Shown here piece after piece: positions 10,540 through 19,332 of a stretch of DNA of 64,000 bases; position 1 is the first letter of the stretch, and each line of letters begins with the position of its first letter. The translations under genes were made by a program, and so were the position numbers. This DNA is from Gemmatimonadota bacterium (GTDB lineage: Bacteria; Gemmatimonadota; Gemmatimonadetes; Palauibacterales; Palauibacteraceae), in contig OY282356.1 in NCBI GenBank assembly GCA_958295535.1, positions 5,976 to 69,975 of the forward strand, written 5' to 3'. A model generated the notes under the pieces. It was not told where the DNA came from and searched no databases. It was given only the letters and a program-made list of their open reading frames with translations.

Positions 10540-11028
10540 GTGGCCATCGGCATGGGGTCAAATGTGCGGCCCCGACTCGGTTATCTGCGCCAGGCAGCCC
10601 GCCGTCTAGGAAACAAGATCCTGGCAGGCGCCCGCTTCTCCGGAGTCTACGAGAGCGCTCCGGCGCACGGAGCGGATCCGCCCGACTACCTCAACGCCTG
10701 CTGCGTAGGGTGGACGCAGAGCGGCGCTCGCCACCTGCTGGAAACTTTCAAGGAGATGGAAGTGCGGGCGGGCCGCGATCTGTGCGCGCCTCGGCTGTCG
10801 CCGCGACCCCTTGATCTCGATGTCCTGCTATATGGGGACGAAGTCGTTGCGGAGCGAGATCTCGCGATCCCGCATCCATCGCTGGCGGAGCGGCCATTCG
10901 TCGTCTTGCCTCTCGCGGAGATTGCCGGCGGGTGGCGACACCCGGTTCTCGGCTGCGCAATTGTAGATTTGGCAGCCGGCGCGGACCGCACAGGCGTGAA
11001 GGCTACGCAGCTGCGGGTGGAGCGCTGA
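10540..11028 (+). CDS. folK: 2-amino-4-hydroxy-6-hydroxymethyldihydropteridine pyrophosphokinase (HPPK)
   Basis: 'AIGMGSNV...' HPPK N-terminus and core 'PDYLNACCVGW...PRPLDLDVLLYGDEVV...ERPFVVLPLAEIAGGWRHP'. Start GTG 10540 preferred over track start 10465. Confidence 0.78.
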   Translation: MAIGMGSNVRPRLGYLRQAARRLGNKILAGARFSGVYESAPAHGADPPDYLNACCVGWTQSGARHLLETFKEMEVRAGRDLCAPRLSPRPLDLDVLLYGDEVVAERDLAIPHPSLAERPFVVLPLAEIAGGWRHPVLGCAIVDLAAGADRTGVKATQLRVER

Positions 11029-11042
11029 TTCGCGCGTTCGAT

Positions 11043-12161
11043 GTGCAGATTTCCGGTGCGGAAGCGTATCCGGTTTACATGGCCCCGGGGCTGCTGGCGA
11101 ACGCGGCGTCGGTCTGTCTACGGGCTGCGCCGGCGACCCGCTACGCAATCATCGCGGATTCCGGCGTGGCGAAGCTGTATGGACGAGCGCTCCTCTCGAG
11201 CTTCGGGGAAGCGGGCGCCGGAGCTGATCTGTACGACTTCCCCGCAGGCGAAGGGAGCAAGAGCAGAGAGCAGTGGGCCTCGTTGAGCGACCGCATGCTC
11301 CAGGACGGAGTCGGCCGCGATGCGGCCGTCGTGGCGCTCGGCGGCGGGGTCACCGGCGACCTCGCGGGCTTCGTGGCCGCTACCTACATGCGGGGCATTC
11401 CTCTTGTGCAGGTTCCCACGACATTGCTGGCCATGCTGGATAGCTCGGTAGGCGGGAAGACGGGTGTCGACACGTCGTGGGGAAAGAATCTGATCGGCGC
11501 CTTCCACCACCCGTCGGCGGTTCTCATCGATCCGGCCGCGCTCGGGACGCTGCCGCGCGAACAGCGGTGCGCCGGTCTGGCGGAGGCCGTCAAGACGGCG
11601 GCTATTCTGGATGCGAAGCTGTGGCGGTGGATCGAGGCGCGCGCGGAAGGATTGACGAGGGGCGACGCGGCGCTTGCGACCGAGGTCATAGAACGGGTGG
11701 CCAGGCACAAGGCGGCGGTCGTTTCTGCCGATCCGGCGGAACGAGGCCGCCGGGAAATCCTCAATTTCGGCCACACCGTGGGACACGCGCTGGAGGCGCT
11801 CGGGGGTTACGAGCTCCTGCACGGCGAGGCTGTGGCCGCCGGGATGAGGGTCGAAGCCAGGCTCGGCGAGCTTCTCGGGGTCACGGAGAATGGGACGGCG
11901 ATCGAGGTGTCCCGAGCGCTGGAAGCTTGCGGTCTCGGCGCAATCTGGGAAGCGGAGCGGCATCCGAATGAAGTCCGCGAAGCGTTGGCCAGGGACAAGA
12001 AGAGCCGGGATGCCCGCGTCCGCTGCGTTCTGTTGGCACGGATCGGCAAGGTTGCGACGGGTCCGGACGGGGGTTCCTGCTTCCCGCTTGGCGAGGACGA
12101 GCTGGGCGAGCCGCTCGAGGAGGCGATGCTTTCTCGCGAGTCGGCTCGGTTGCGGCACTAG
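11043..12161 (+). CDS. aroB: 3-dehydroquinate synthase
   Basis: GGGVTGDLAGF...VPTTLLAMLDSSVGGKTGVD...NLIGAFHHP motifs. The track ORF begins at 10932 inside folK. GTG 11043 (VQISGAEAYPV...) matches the DHQS N-terminus. Confidence 0.85.
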   Translation: MQISGAEAYPVYMAPGLLANAASVCLRAAPATRYAIIADSGVAKLYGRALLSSFGEAGAGADLYDFPAGEGSKSREQWASLSDRMLQDGVGRDAAVVALGGGVTGDLAGFVAATYMRGIPLVQVPTTLLAMLDSSVGGKTGVDTSWGKNLIGAFHHPSAVLIDPAALGTLPREQRCAGLAEAVKTAAILDAKLWRWIEARAEGLTRGDAALATEVIERVARHKAAVVSADPAERGRREILNFGHTVGHALEALGGYELLHGEAVAAGMRVEARLGELLGVTENGTAIEVSRALEACGLGAIWEAERHPNEVREALARDKKSRDARVRCVLLARIGKVATGPDGGSCFPLGEDELGEPLEEAMLSRESARLRH

Positions 12162-12325
12162 GCGCCGACACGGCGCGAATGAACCGGCACGGCGCCACGA
12201 AAGCAAGTCGGCGTGGCCGCGGAAGCAGGCCGACGCGCCCGCGCCGAACGACGCGAATGAGTCGACGCGGCGGTGCCGATACTCCTCGCCGGGGAGTAGC
12301 GTAGTTGCGAAGTAGTTGCGAAATG

Positions 12326-12390
12326 TCGCAAGAGCTGCGATGATTCGTCGCAAGAGCTGCGACGATCGTCGGAAGAGTTGCTGGCATTCG
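12326..12390. repeat. 3x ~21-nt imperfect tandem repeat (TCGCAAGAGCTGCGAYGATCG), preceded by 2x GTAGTTGCGAA, in the aroB-NYN intergenic region
   Basis: Seen directly in the sequence. Confidence 0.6.
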
Positions 12391-12643
12391 GGGGATAACT
12401 CCGCGGGGGCTGTCTTGCGAGGCTGCCCTGTCCGGGAGCCGTCGGCGGGATCGCCGGCGCGGGCCGGATGCTCGAAAACGGCGCTATGCGAGCGCCAAAC
12501 AGAGGGCGCACACTCGCGCCTACAACGAATGAGTGCGAAACGGCTGTACCTGTGAGACCGCTCTCGCCATCCCCTCCGGCACGACCGGGGGCGAGGAAGG
12601 GCGGACTCGGCGAGCCGTTCGCCACAACGAACGGAACGAGAGT

Positions 12644-15217
12644 ATGAACGATAGTTATGCGCGGGCGCCGCACAGCCGCCCGGCCACCCAAGCGGAGCGG
12701 GTCTCCGCCGCGCTCCTCATCGACTTCGACAATGTGACGATGGGAGTGCGATCCAATCTGGGCCAGGAACTCCGCAACTTCCTGGATTCGGACATCGTCA
12801 GGGGCAAAGTCGCGGTGCAGCGGGCCTATGCGGACTGGCGAAGGTATCCGCAGTACATCGAGCCTCTATCCGAATCGTCGATCGACCTGATCTTCGCCCC
12901 CGCCTACGGGTCGTCCAAGAAGAACGCGACCGATATAAGGCTCGCCATCGACGCGCTGGAGCTCGTCTTCATTCGGCCCGAGATCGGCACCTTCATTCTC
13001 CTCTCGGGAGACTCCGATTTCTCGAGCTTGGTGCTCAAGCTGAAGGAGTATGGGAAGTATGTGATCGGAGTGGGGCTTCGCGAGTCCACTTCGGACATCC
13101 TCGTGCAGAACTGTGACGAGTACTACAGCTACAACCGGCTCTCGGGACTGACCTCCGTAGATGAAGCCCAGACCGCGGAACACGACCCGTGGGAGCTGAC
13201 GAGTAGTGCGGTGGCGCGCATGGTCGAGCGCGGGGACGTGATGCGGTCCGACCGGCTCAAGCAGGTGATGCTGGAAATTGATCCGAAGTTCGACGAGAAG
13301 TCGGCCGGCTTCTCCAAGTTCAACCGGTTCTTGGGCGAGGCGGCGCAGCGCGAACTGATCGTGCTGCGCAAGGCGGAAAATGGCCAGTACGATATCGCGC
13401 CATTGCCCGGGAACGGGAAGACAGGGAGCGCGAAGAGTAGCGGCGACGTCCCCTCCTCGGAGAACGGAGAGGTCTCGCCGCGGCCCCGGAGCCGCCGGAC
13501 ACGCAGGGGCGGGCGCGGCGGGCGTTCCGCCGCGACCAAGCCGGAGACGAAGAAGGCGGATGCCGACGGAGCGCCCGCCGCCCTCGCGGCGGTCTTCGAC
13601 GAGCTGTCCAAGGTGGTCGCCAGCGTGTCTCGAGGAAGCGCGTCATCCGTCAGAGATTCCGTCGCTAAGCGGAAGCTGAGCGAGCTCAACCCGAGCTTTG
13701 ACGAGCGGGCTTTTGGCTTCAGCAAGTTCAGCCACTTCTTGCAGGCCGCACATGACGCAAAAGTGGTACGGATGACGCGCGACGAGCACTCTAACGTTTA
13801 CTTGGCGCCCGGAGACGACGGTGGCGCCGGTGCCGGCGAGCAGCGGGGCAGCGGCGCAGAAACGGTCCCAGCGAGGTCGGCGAAACGAGGCGGCTCGCGG
13901 GCCGCTGGTCGCCCTCGAGCGCCAAGTGGCGCAGAAACGGCCTCTGCTAGGTCGGCCAAGGGGACTGCCGACGAGCCCGCTGTCGAAGGCCGCTCCGCTT
14001 TTTCGGCCGCGGCCGAAGCTGCTCGCAAGACGTTGTTCGGGAGATTCCGTCGCGGACGGCGCGAGCAGGTGCCCGCCTCTCCGCCGTCTGCCGCGAAGAA
14101 GCCCTCTCCGCCCGAAGCTGCGAAGAAGCCACGAACCGACGCGACACCGGCGGCCTCTGGCACCGAGCAGCGCAAGGCGGCGGCCCGCCCGGCCAAGCGT
14201 CAGGCGGCGGCCCGGCAGGAGAGCGCTCCCGCTCCCAAGGCTGTCGGCCAGGGCGGACGGGAGCGGGCCGCACGGGCCGCCTCCGCGGGGGACCGGGGTC
14301 GCCCGGCCAAGCAGCAGGTGGCGGCGCAGCAGAAAGAGGACGCTCCCGCTCCCAAGGCAGTCGGCCGGGGCGGACAGGAGCAGGCCGCACGGACGGGGGT
14401 CCGGGGTCGACCGGCCAAGCGGCAGGCAGCGGCGCAGCAGAAAGAGGACGCTCCCGATCCCAAGGCAGTCGGCCAGGGCGGACAGGAGCGGGCCGCACGG
14501 ACGGCCGCCTCTGCGGGGGACCGACGCCGCCCGGCCAAGCGTCAGGCGGCGGCGCAGCAGAAGAACGCGCCCGCGCCCGGGACTAGCGCGCCCGCGCCCA
14601 GGGCTGAGGGTCGAAGTGAGCAAGAGAGTGCCCCCGCGCCCGGGGCTGCCGGCCGCCGCCGGAGTGCCCGGCAACGAGACCAGGCTCCCGCGGCTCCCGC
14701 TGCCGATCGGCAGGAGGTTGCCAAGGAGCCGAGCCGCCGGGCGCCGTCCGCGCCGGGACAGCCCGAAGTCGCGCCCCGGCCACGCGGTCCGGCCACGCTC
14801 GGGCGCTTTCGCTCGGGGTCGCGCGGTCGCAAGCCCGCGCCGCAGGACGCCGCCCGCGCCGCCGCGCCTACCAGGAGCAGCGAGCCGGACCCTGCCGCCA
14901 AGACGACTTCGGAGAAGACGCGGGCATCCGGTGGCCAAAGCGCAGCGAAACGATCGGCCCCGGCGCGGGCGGCGGCGCCAGCGACAGGTGGCGAGCGGGC
15001 CGCCCGGCGGGACGGGAAAGCCGCCGCGGGACCGGTCACGCACATGGTCCGCAACTATCCGGGCGTCGGGAAGCGCACTGCGGAGCGACTCTACGAGCAC
15101 TTTGGCGAAGATGTCTTCCAAGTCATCGACTCTGCCCCGGAACGACTTGTCCAGGTCCTCTCCGCGGGACGGGCCAAGATAGTCGTGCAGGCTCGGGAGG
15201 CCGAGCGCGAGAGCTGA
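12644..15217 (+). CDS. NYN-domain (PIN-like RNase) + 2x OST-HTH/LOTUS + low-complexity ~40-aa tandem-repeat linker + C-terminal helix-hairpin-helix protein
   Basis: N-terminus 'LIDFDNV...IFAPAYGSSKKNATDIRLAIDALEL...ILLSGDSDFSSLVLKLKEYGKYVIGVG' is the NYN/LabA signature. Two 'D/EPKFDEKSAGFSKFNRFL'-type OST-HTH units. ~3.5 copies of PAKRQAAAQQKEDAPAPKAVGQGGQERAAR. C-terminus 'NYPGVGKRTAERLYEHFGEDVF' is HhH-like. Confidence 0.72.
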   Translation: MNDSYARAPHSRPATQAERVSAALLIDFDNVTMGVRSNLGQELRNFLDSDIVRGKVAVQRAYADWRRYPQYIEPLSESSIDLIFAPAYGSSKKNATDIRLAIDALELVFIRPEIGTFILLSGDSDFSSLVLKLKEYGKYVIGVGLRESTSDILVQNCDEYYSYNRLSGLTSVDEAQTAEHDPWELTSSAVARMVERGDVMRSDRLKQVMLEIDPKFDEKSAGFSKFNRFLGEAAQRELIVLRKAENGQYDIAPLPGNGKTGSAKSSGDVPSSENGEVSPRPRSRRTRRGGRGGRSAATKPETKKADADGAPAALAAVFDELSKVVASVSRGSASSVRDSVAKRKLSELNPSFDERAFGFSKFSHFLQAAHDAKVVRMTRDEHSNVYLAPGDDGGAGAGEQRGSGAETVPARSAKRGGSRAAGRPRAPSGAETASARSAKGTADEPAVEGRSAFSAAAEAARKTLFGRFRRGRREQVPASPPSAAKKPSPPEAAKKPRTDATPAASGTEQRKAAARPAKRQAAARQESAPAPKAVGQGGRERAARAASAGDRGRPAKQQVAAQQKEDAPAPKAVGRGGQEQAARTGVRGRPAKRQAAAQQKEDAPDPKAVGQGGQERAARTAASAGDRRRPAKRQAAAQQKNAPAPGTSAPAPRAEGRSEQESAPAPGAAGRRRSARQRDQAPAAPAADRQEVAKEPSRRAPSAPGQPEVAPRPRGPATLGRFRSGSRGRKPAPQDAARAAAPTRSSEPDPAAKTTSEKTRASGGQSAAKRSAPARAAAPATGGERAARRDGKAAAGPVTHMVRNYPGVGKRTAERLYEHFGEDVFQVIDSAPERLVQVLSAGRAKIVVQAREAERES
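14185..14580 (+). repeat. In-frame ~120-nt tandem repeats (about 3.5 copies) inside the NYN/OST-HTH gene
   Basis: Repeating cggccaagcgtcaggcggcggc...gctcccgctcccaaggc...ggccgcacgg units. Confidence 0.7.
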
Positions 15218-15226
15218 GTTCGAGAG

Positions 15227-15901
15227 GTGGCTGCGCGCCGCACGGATCCAAAGGGAGAGCGGTTGACGCCGGACCTCCGCGCAGATGAACAGGATGACCG
15301 TGGACGCGCTCGACATTCGCCGGGCGCCGAGGTTCTGTCGCCGGACTTCTTCGACCGTCCGGCGGCGGCCGTCGCCCGCGCGCTGCTCGGGTGCGCCATT
15401 CACTCGGAGTGCGAGGGCGAACGAACGGCCGGACGAATCGTAGAGACGGAAGCCTACACAGGCCCCGAGGACGATGCTTGCCACGCGGCGGAGCGGACTG
15501 GCCGCACCAGTCGCAACTCGCCCCTCTTCGGCCCGCCGGGCACCGCCTACATTCATTGCAACTACGGGATTCACTGGCTGTTCAACGTGGTGACGGGACC
15601 CGAGGGCTTCCCCTCTGGCGTGCTCGTCCGGGCCGTCGAGCCGGTCGATGGCGTAGATGTCATGCGTCGTCGCCGCCGCCGCCGAGACCTGACCAACGGG
15701 CCCGCTCGCCTCGCGCAGGCGCTCGGGATCGGTCCTGGCTTGCAGGGCCATCCGCTGGATCGCCGGCCGCTCACGCTGCGCTCCGGCGCCCCGGTCCCCG
15801 ACGGGGAGACAGAAGTCACGACACGTGTCGGAATATCGCGCGCGGTGGACAGACCGCTCAGGTTCTACGATCGTCGAAGCCGGTGGATCTCCAAGCGCTG
15901 A
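15227..15901 (+). CDS. mpg: DNA-3-methyladenine glycosylase (Mpg/AAG family)
   Basis: 'FFDRPAAAVARALLGC...ETEAYTGPEDDACHA...NSPLFGPPGTAYIHCNYGIHWLFNVVTGPEG...VLVRAVEP' matches the Mpg family. Starts 10 nt after the NYN gene stop. Confidence 0.8.
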   Translation: MAARRTDPKGERLTPDLRADEQDDRGRARHSPGAEVLSPDFFDRPAAAVARALLGCAIHSECEGERTAGRIVETEAYTGPEDDACHAAERTGRTSRNSPLFGPPGTAYIHCNYGIHWLFNVVTGPEGFPSGVLVRAVEPVDGVDVMRRRRRRRDLTNGPARLAQALGIGPGLQGHPLDRRPLTLRSGAPVPDGETEVTTRVGISRAVDRPLRFYDRRSRWISKR

Positions 15902-15984
15902 CTCCAGCCAGAAGGCCGGGAACGGCCACATTCGACCTGCGCGGACAAGCATGGAGAGGACCCTCTAGCTAAACGAGGAGAAGC

Positions 15985-17421
15985 ATGGCGGAAGTCACCC
16001 TTCAGGAAGTCGCATCGGTCGGTTTCGTGTCTCTTCTGCCTCCCCTGCTCGCCATCGGGCTTGCTATCTACACCCGTCAGGTTTTTGTTGCGCTCGCGGC
16101 CGGCATCTGGCTTGGTTACACGATCCTCGCCGGCTGGAATCCGCTCGCCGGCGCCGCGGATGCCATCGACGGCATCATCGCGGTACTAGGTCCGGACGGC
16201 AGCCCCCGGGTCATCATCTTCACATTCCTGATCGGGGCGCTGATCGCCACGGTAGAAGCCAACGGCGGAATGCGAGGCTTCGTTCGCTGGGTGGAGGAGG
16301 CGGGTTGGGTGACCAACGGGCGCCGCGCCCAGCTCATGGCATGGCTGACGGGCATCGTCATCTTCATCGAATCCAACCTCACGATCCTGGTTGCCGGATC
16401 CGTGGCGAGACCCCTCTTCGACCGCTACAAGATCTCGCGCGAGAAGTTGGCCTACATCATCGATTCGACCTCCGCTCCGGTCTGCATCCTCATCCCGTTC
16501 AATGCGTGGGGAGCCTTGATCCTGGGGATTCTGGAGGTGCAGGGCGTGGCGAATCCCCTCGGAGCATTTCTCGTCGCGATCCCGCTCAATCTGTATGCCG
16601 TGGCCGCCCTGGCCCTGGCGGGGCTGACCGTCTTCTTCGGCTGGAACTGGGGTCCCATGGCAAAAGCCGAAGAACGGGCGCGGTCGGGACAGCTCCACTG
16701 GGATCACGCGGTCACGCTCGCGGATCCCGAGGAGATCGCCCAGCCGCCCGCGGAGGGAGTGGCCCTCAGGGCGCGCAACATGCTGATTCCAGTCGGTGCG
16801 ATGGTCGTCGCGATGCCAATCTTCATGCTTGTCACCGGCGGCGGCGACATTCGGGAAGGGTCGGGGTCGACGAGCGTTCTCTGGGCGGTGCTGGCGGGGC
16901 TGGCAGCCGCCTGGATACTGGCGCTGGCGCAGCGATCCCTGAATATGGACGGGCTGAACAGGGCATCTCTCAAGGGAGCGGGTGCCCTCACCGGAATGGC
17001 GGTGGTGCTCTTGCTTGCGCTTGCGCTGGGCGATGTGACGAAGGCGATGGGAACGGGAGACTATGTCGCTGGAGCGGTGGGAGATGCGATTCCTCTGGTG
17101 GCGCTCGTCCCCATGGTGTTCATTCTGACAGGGGGCATAGGGTTCGCAACGGGGAGCAGCTGGGGGACGTTCGCGATAATGCTCGCCGTGGCGATCCCGC
17201 TTGCGAACGGTCTGGGCGTGTCGCCGGTGCCCTTCGTGGCGGCAGTTCTGTCGGGGGGCATCTTCGGCGACCATTGCAGCCCGATCAGCGATACGACGAT
17301 CATCGCATCGCTCGCCTCCGCGACCGACCACATCGAGCATGTGCGCACGCAGCTTCCTTACGCTCTGGCGGCTGGCGGAGTGGCGACGGCCGGCTTCGCC
17401 GTCATCGGCGCGCTGATGTAG
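15985..17421 (+). CDS. Na+/H+ antiporter, NhaC family
   Basis: AGGAG RBS. 478 aa polytopic membrane protein with NhaC-like organisation (two repeated hydrophobic halves). Confidence 0.7.
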   Translation: MAEVTLQEVASVGFVSLLPPLLAIGLAIYTRQVFVALAAGIWLGYTILAGWNPLAGAADAIDGIIAVLGPDGSPRVIIFTFLIGALIATVEANGGMRGFVRWVEEAGWVTNGRRAQLMAWLTGIVIFIESNLTILVAGSVARPLFDRYKISREKLAYIIDSTSAPVCILIPFNAWGALILGILEVQGVANPLGAFLVAIPLNLYAVAALALAGLTVFFGWNWGPMAKAEERARSGQLHWDHAVTLADPEEIAQPPAEGVALRARNMLIPVGAMVVAMPIFMLVTGGGDIREGSGSTSVLWAVLAGLAAAWILALAQRSLNMDGLNRASLKGAGALTGMAVVLLLALALGDVTKAMGTGDYVAGAVGDAIPLVALVPMVFILTGGIGFATGSSWGTFAIMLAVAIPLANGLGVSPVPFVAAVLSGGIFGDHCSPISDTTIIASLASATDHIEHVRTQLPYALAAGGVATAGFAVIGALM

Positions 17422-17486
17422 GAGGCCTCCGCCGACGGGCGAGTCACGTTCGCTTCCAAGCGGAGAGAAACGAAGGCTAGCCGGGA

Positions 17487-19262
17487 CTAGCGCGGCCGAA
17501 TCTCCGCCGTTGCCAGCACATCGACATCGGGGTCGAATACCAGACTGTCGGCCCCTGCGGCGCCAGAGATGCGCAGCGTCGCCTCGCGCGTTTCCATCCG
17601 CACGCTTGCCCGCCTGCCGTTCGCCGGACCGCCGTGGATCTCGAAGACGGCCTCCAGGATGAAGGCGGGCCAATCCGCAGGCTGCCCTTGCCGAACTTCG
17701 GCCACCAGATCCGGCGGCTCCGCTCTCCACTCGACCTGCAACTGCGGATAGCCGGGCTGATAGACCCATTGATCGAAGAACCAGTCCAGCTTCTCGCCGG
17801 ATGCCTGCTCGAAGGCGGCCCGCACCGCTTCGGTGTCGGCGGCGCCGTGGAGGTGACTGCCGTAGTAGCTGCGGATGGCGGCGAAGAAGTCATCGTCTCC
17901 GATGAGTCGCCGAAGCATGTGAAGCGCCCAGGCGCCCTTCTGGTAGTTGTTCCGGTTCAGCAAGTCGAAGAGCTGGTTGGAGCTGGAATCGACGATTGCC
18001 TGATCCAGCAGATCGGACTCGACGACCACCCGGCGGCTGTCTCGCATCAGCGAGCGGAAAGCCTCTGCGCCGTCCCGCGCTTCGAAGTAGAGCGCCGAGA
18101 AGTAGCTCGCGAAGCCCTCGCTGACCCAGAGGTGGCTCCATCGCGCGGGAGTCACGGCGTCGCCGAACCACTGGTGCACAGTCTCGTGGGCGATGACGCC
18201 CTCTCCCATCCTCCGCTCTTCCCAGCCGCCTCTGCCGTAGAAGATGGCGCTGGAGTTCTCCATGCCGCCGAAGCGGGTCGAGGACTCGACATGGGCAAGC
18301 TTCTCGTACGGGTACGGTCCGATCAGCTCGCTGTAGTAGTCCAGCATGTCGGGGGCGCGCGCGAAACGCTCGGCGCCGTAGTCGCCGTCGCCCGCCAAGG
18401 CCCACATCGTCACTTCTGCGCAGGCGCTGTCCCTCCCCGGCGGGCGCGCCGCCGCAAGCGGCGATAGTCCGCAACCTGCCTCTCCGAGCACGCGCCGGTC
18501 GAAACGCGCTACCCCGATTACCATCGTGTAGGAAGGGATAGGCGCGGCGGGGTCCGTCTCCCATATCCAGATCTCTTCTCCATCCGCCTCTCCATCCGGC
18601 ACAGGACGGACATCGGCAAGCGCCCCATTGGCGACGACACCGAAGCCGGCGGGCACGCGGACCTCGAAGGTGGCTGCCGCCTTGTCCGTGGGATGGTCGT
18701 TGGATGGGAACCACCACCGAGCCCTGTTCGGCCAGTTGTCCGCGAATACGGCCGGTTCCCCCTCGCTGTCCTGCCCGAAGAAGAGGCCGTTCTCGGGCGC
18801 GCCGCCGTACTCGATGGCGATCACGCGCGAAGTAGCGGTCGCGGCAGCTTCGAACGGCCCGATGGCGAGTACCGAACTCCCGCGCCGGAAGTCTGCGGGC
18901 TGGCCATCCACTTCCACCGAATGGACGTCGAGGCCGACAAAGTCGAGATCTACCTGGCTGGCCCCGGCGGCCGTCTCGCCGCTCACCGTCGCCCGGGCTT
19001 CGAAGCTGCCCGAAGCAGGCCGTGAAAGGTCAATTTCGAGGCGGTAGTGCGCGACGTCGAAGCCGGCGCGATCGGACGGAGCGCGCAGCTCCATGCCGGG
19101 TTCGGGGGTCACCGTCGCGGGGTCCAGCTGGGGCTCGCCGACCGGTATCGGAACCGGACGGGGCCCTTCCGGGGCGGGGGGCTGGCAGGCCGCAAGCCAA
19201 GCAAGGAGAACGCCAGTTAGTGCGGTTGCCCGAAGACAGTGTATCTTATGGGTCGTGTACAT
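17487..19262 (-). CDS. M1-family zinc aminopeptidase (aminopeptidase N-like) lipoprotein
   Basis: GGMEN motif, HETVHQWFGD(X18)E zinc site, C-terminal ERAP-like region. Lipoprotein signal LLAWLAAC. Confidence 0.82.
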   Translation of the reverse strand: MYTTHKIHCLRATALTGVLLAWLAACQPPAPEGPRPVPIPVGEPQLDPATVTPEPGMELRAPSDRAGFDVAHYRLEIDLSRPASGSFEARATVSGETAAGASQVDLDFVGLDVHSVEVDGQPADFRRGSSVLAIGPFEAAATATSRVIAIEYGGAPENGLFFGQDSEGEPAVFADNWPNRARWWFPSNDHPTDKAAATFEVRVPAGFGVVANGALADVRPVPDGEADGEEIWIWETDPAAPIPSYTMVIGVARFDRRVLGEAGCGLSPLAAARPPGRDSACAEVTMWALAGDGDYGAERFARAPDMLDYYSELIGPYPYEKLAHVESSTRFGGMENSSAIFYGRGGWEERRMGEGVIAHETVHQWFGDAVTPARWSHLWVSEGFASYFSALYFEARDGAEAFRSLMRDSRRVVVESDLLDQAIVDSSSNQLFDLLNRNNYQKGAWALHMLRRLIGDDDFFAAIRSYYGSHLHGAADTEAVRAAFEQASGEKLDWFFDQWVYQPGYPQLQVEWRAEPPDLVAEVRQGQPADWPAFILEAVFEIHGGPANGRRASVRMETREATLRISGAAGADSLVFDPDVDVLATAEIRPR

Positions 19263-19302
19263 GAATCATCCTACTGTTGCCCCCGGAGCGGCCGCTACGC
19301 AT

Positions 19303-19332
19303 GTGACTGACGAGCAACCTCCAGGCGCGTGA
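19303..19332 (+). other. 9-codon uORF (MTDEQPPGA) created by duplication of the helicase start region; its stop overlaps the helicase GTG start (GTGA)
   Basis: Direct repeat gtgactgacgagc at 19303-19315 and 19329-19341. Confidence 0.4.

Noticed and set aside
13643-15952. 769-aa antisense ORF 13643..15952(-)
   Set aside because: Opposite strand of the NYN/OST-HTH gene. Low-complexity Arg/Gly/Pro translation with no start-site support. High-GC shadow ORF.
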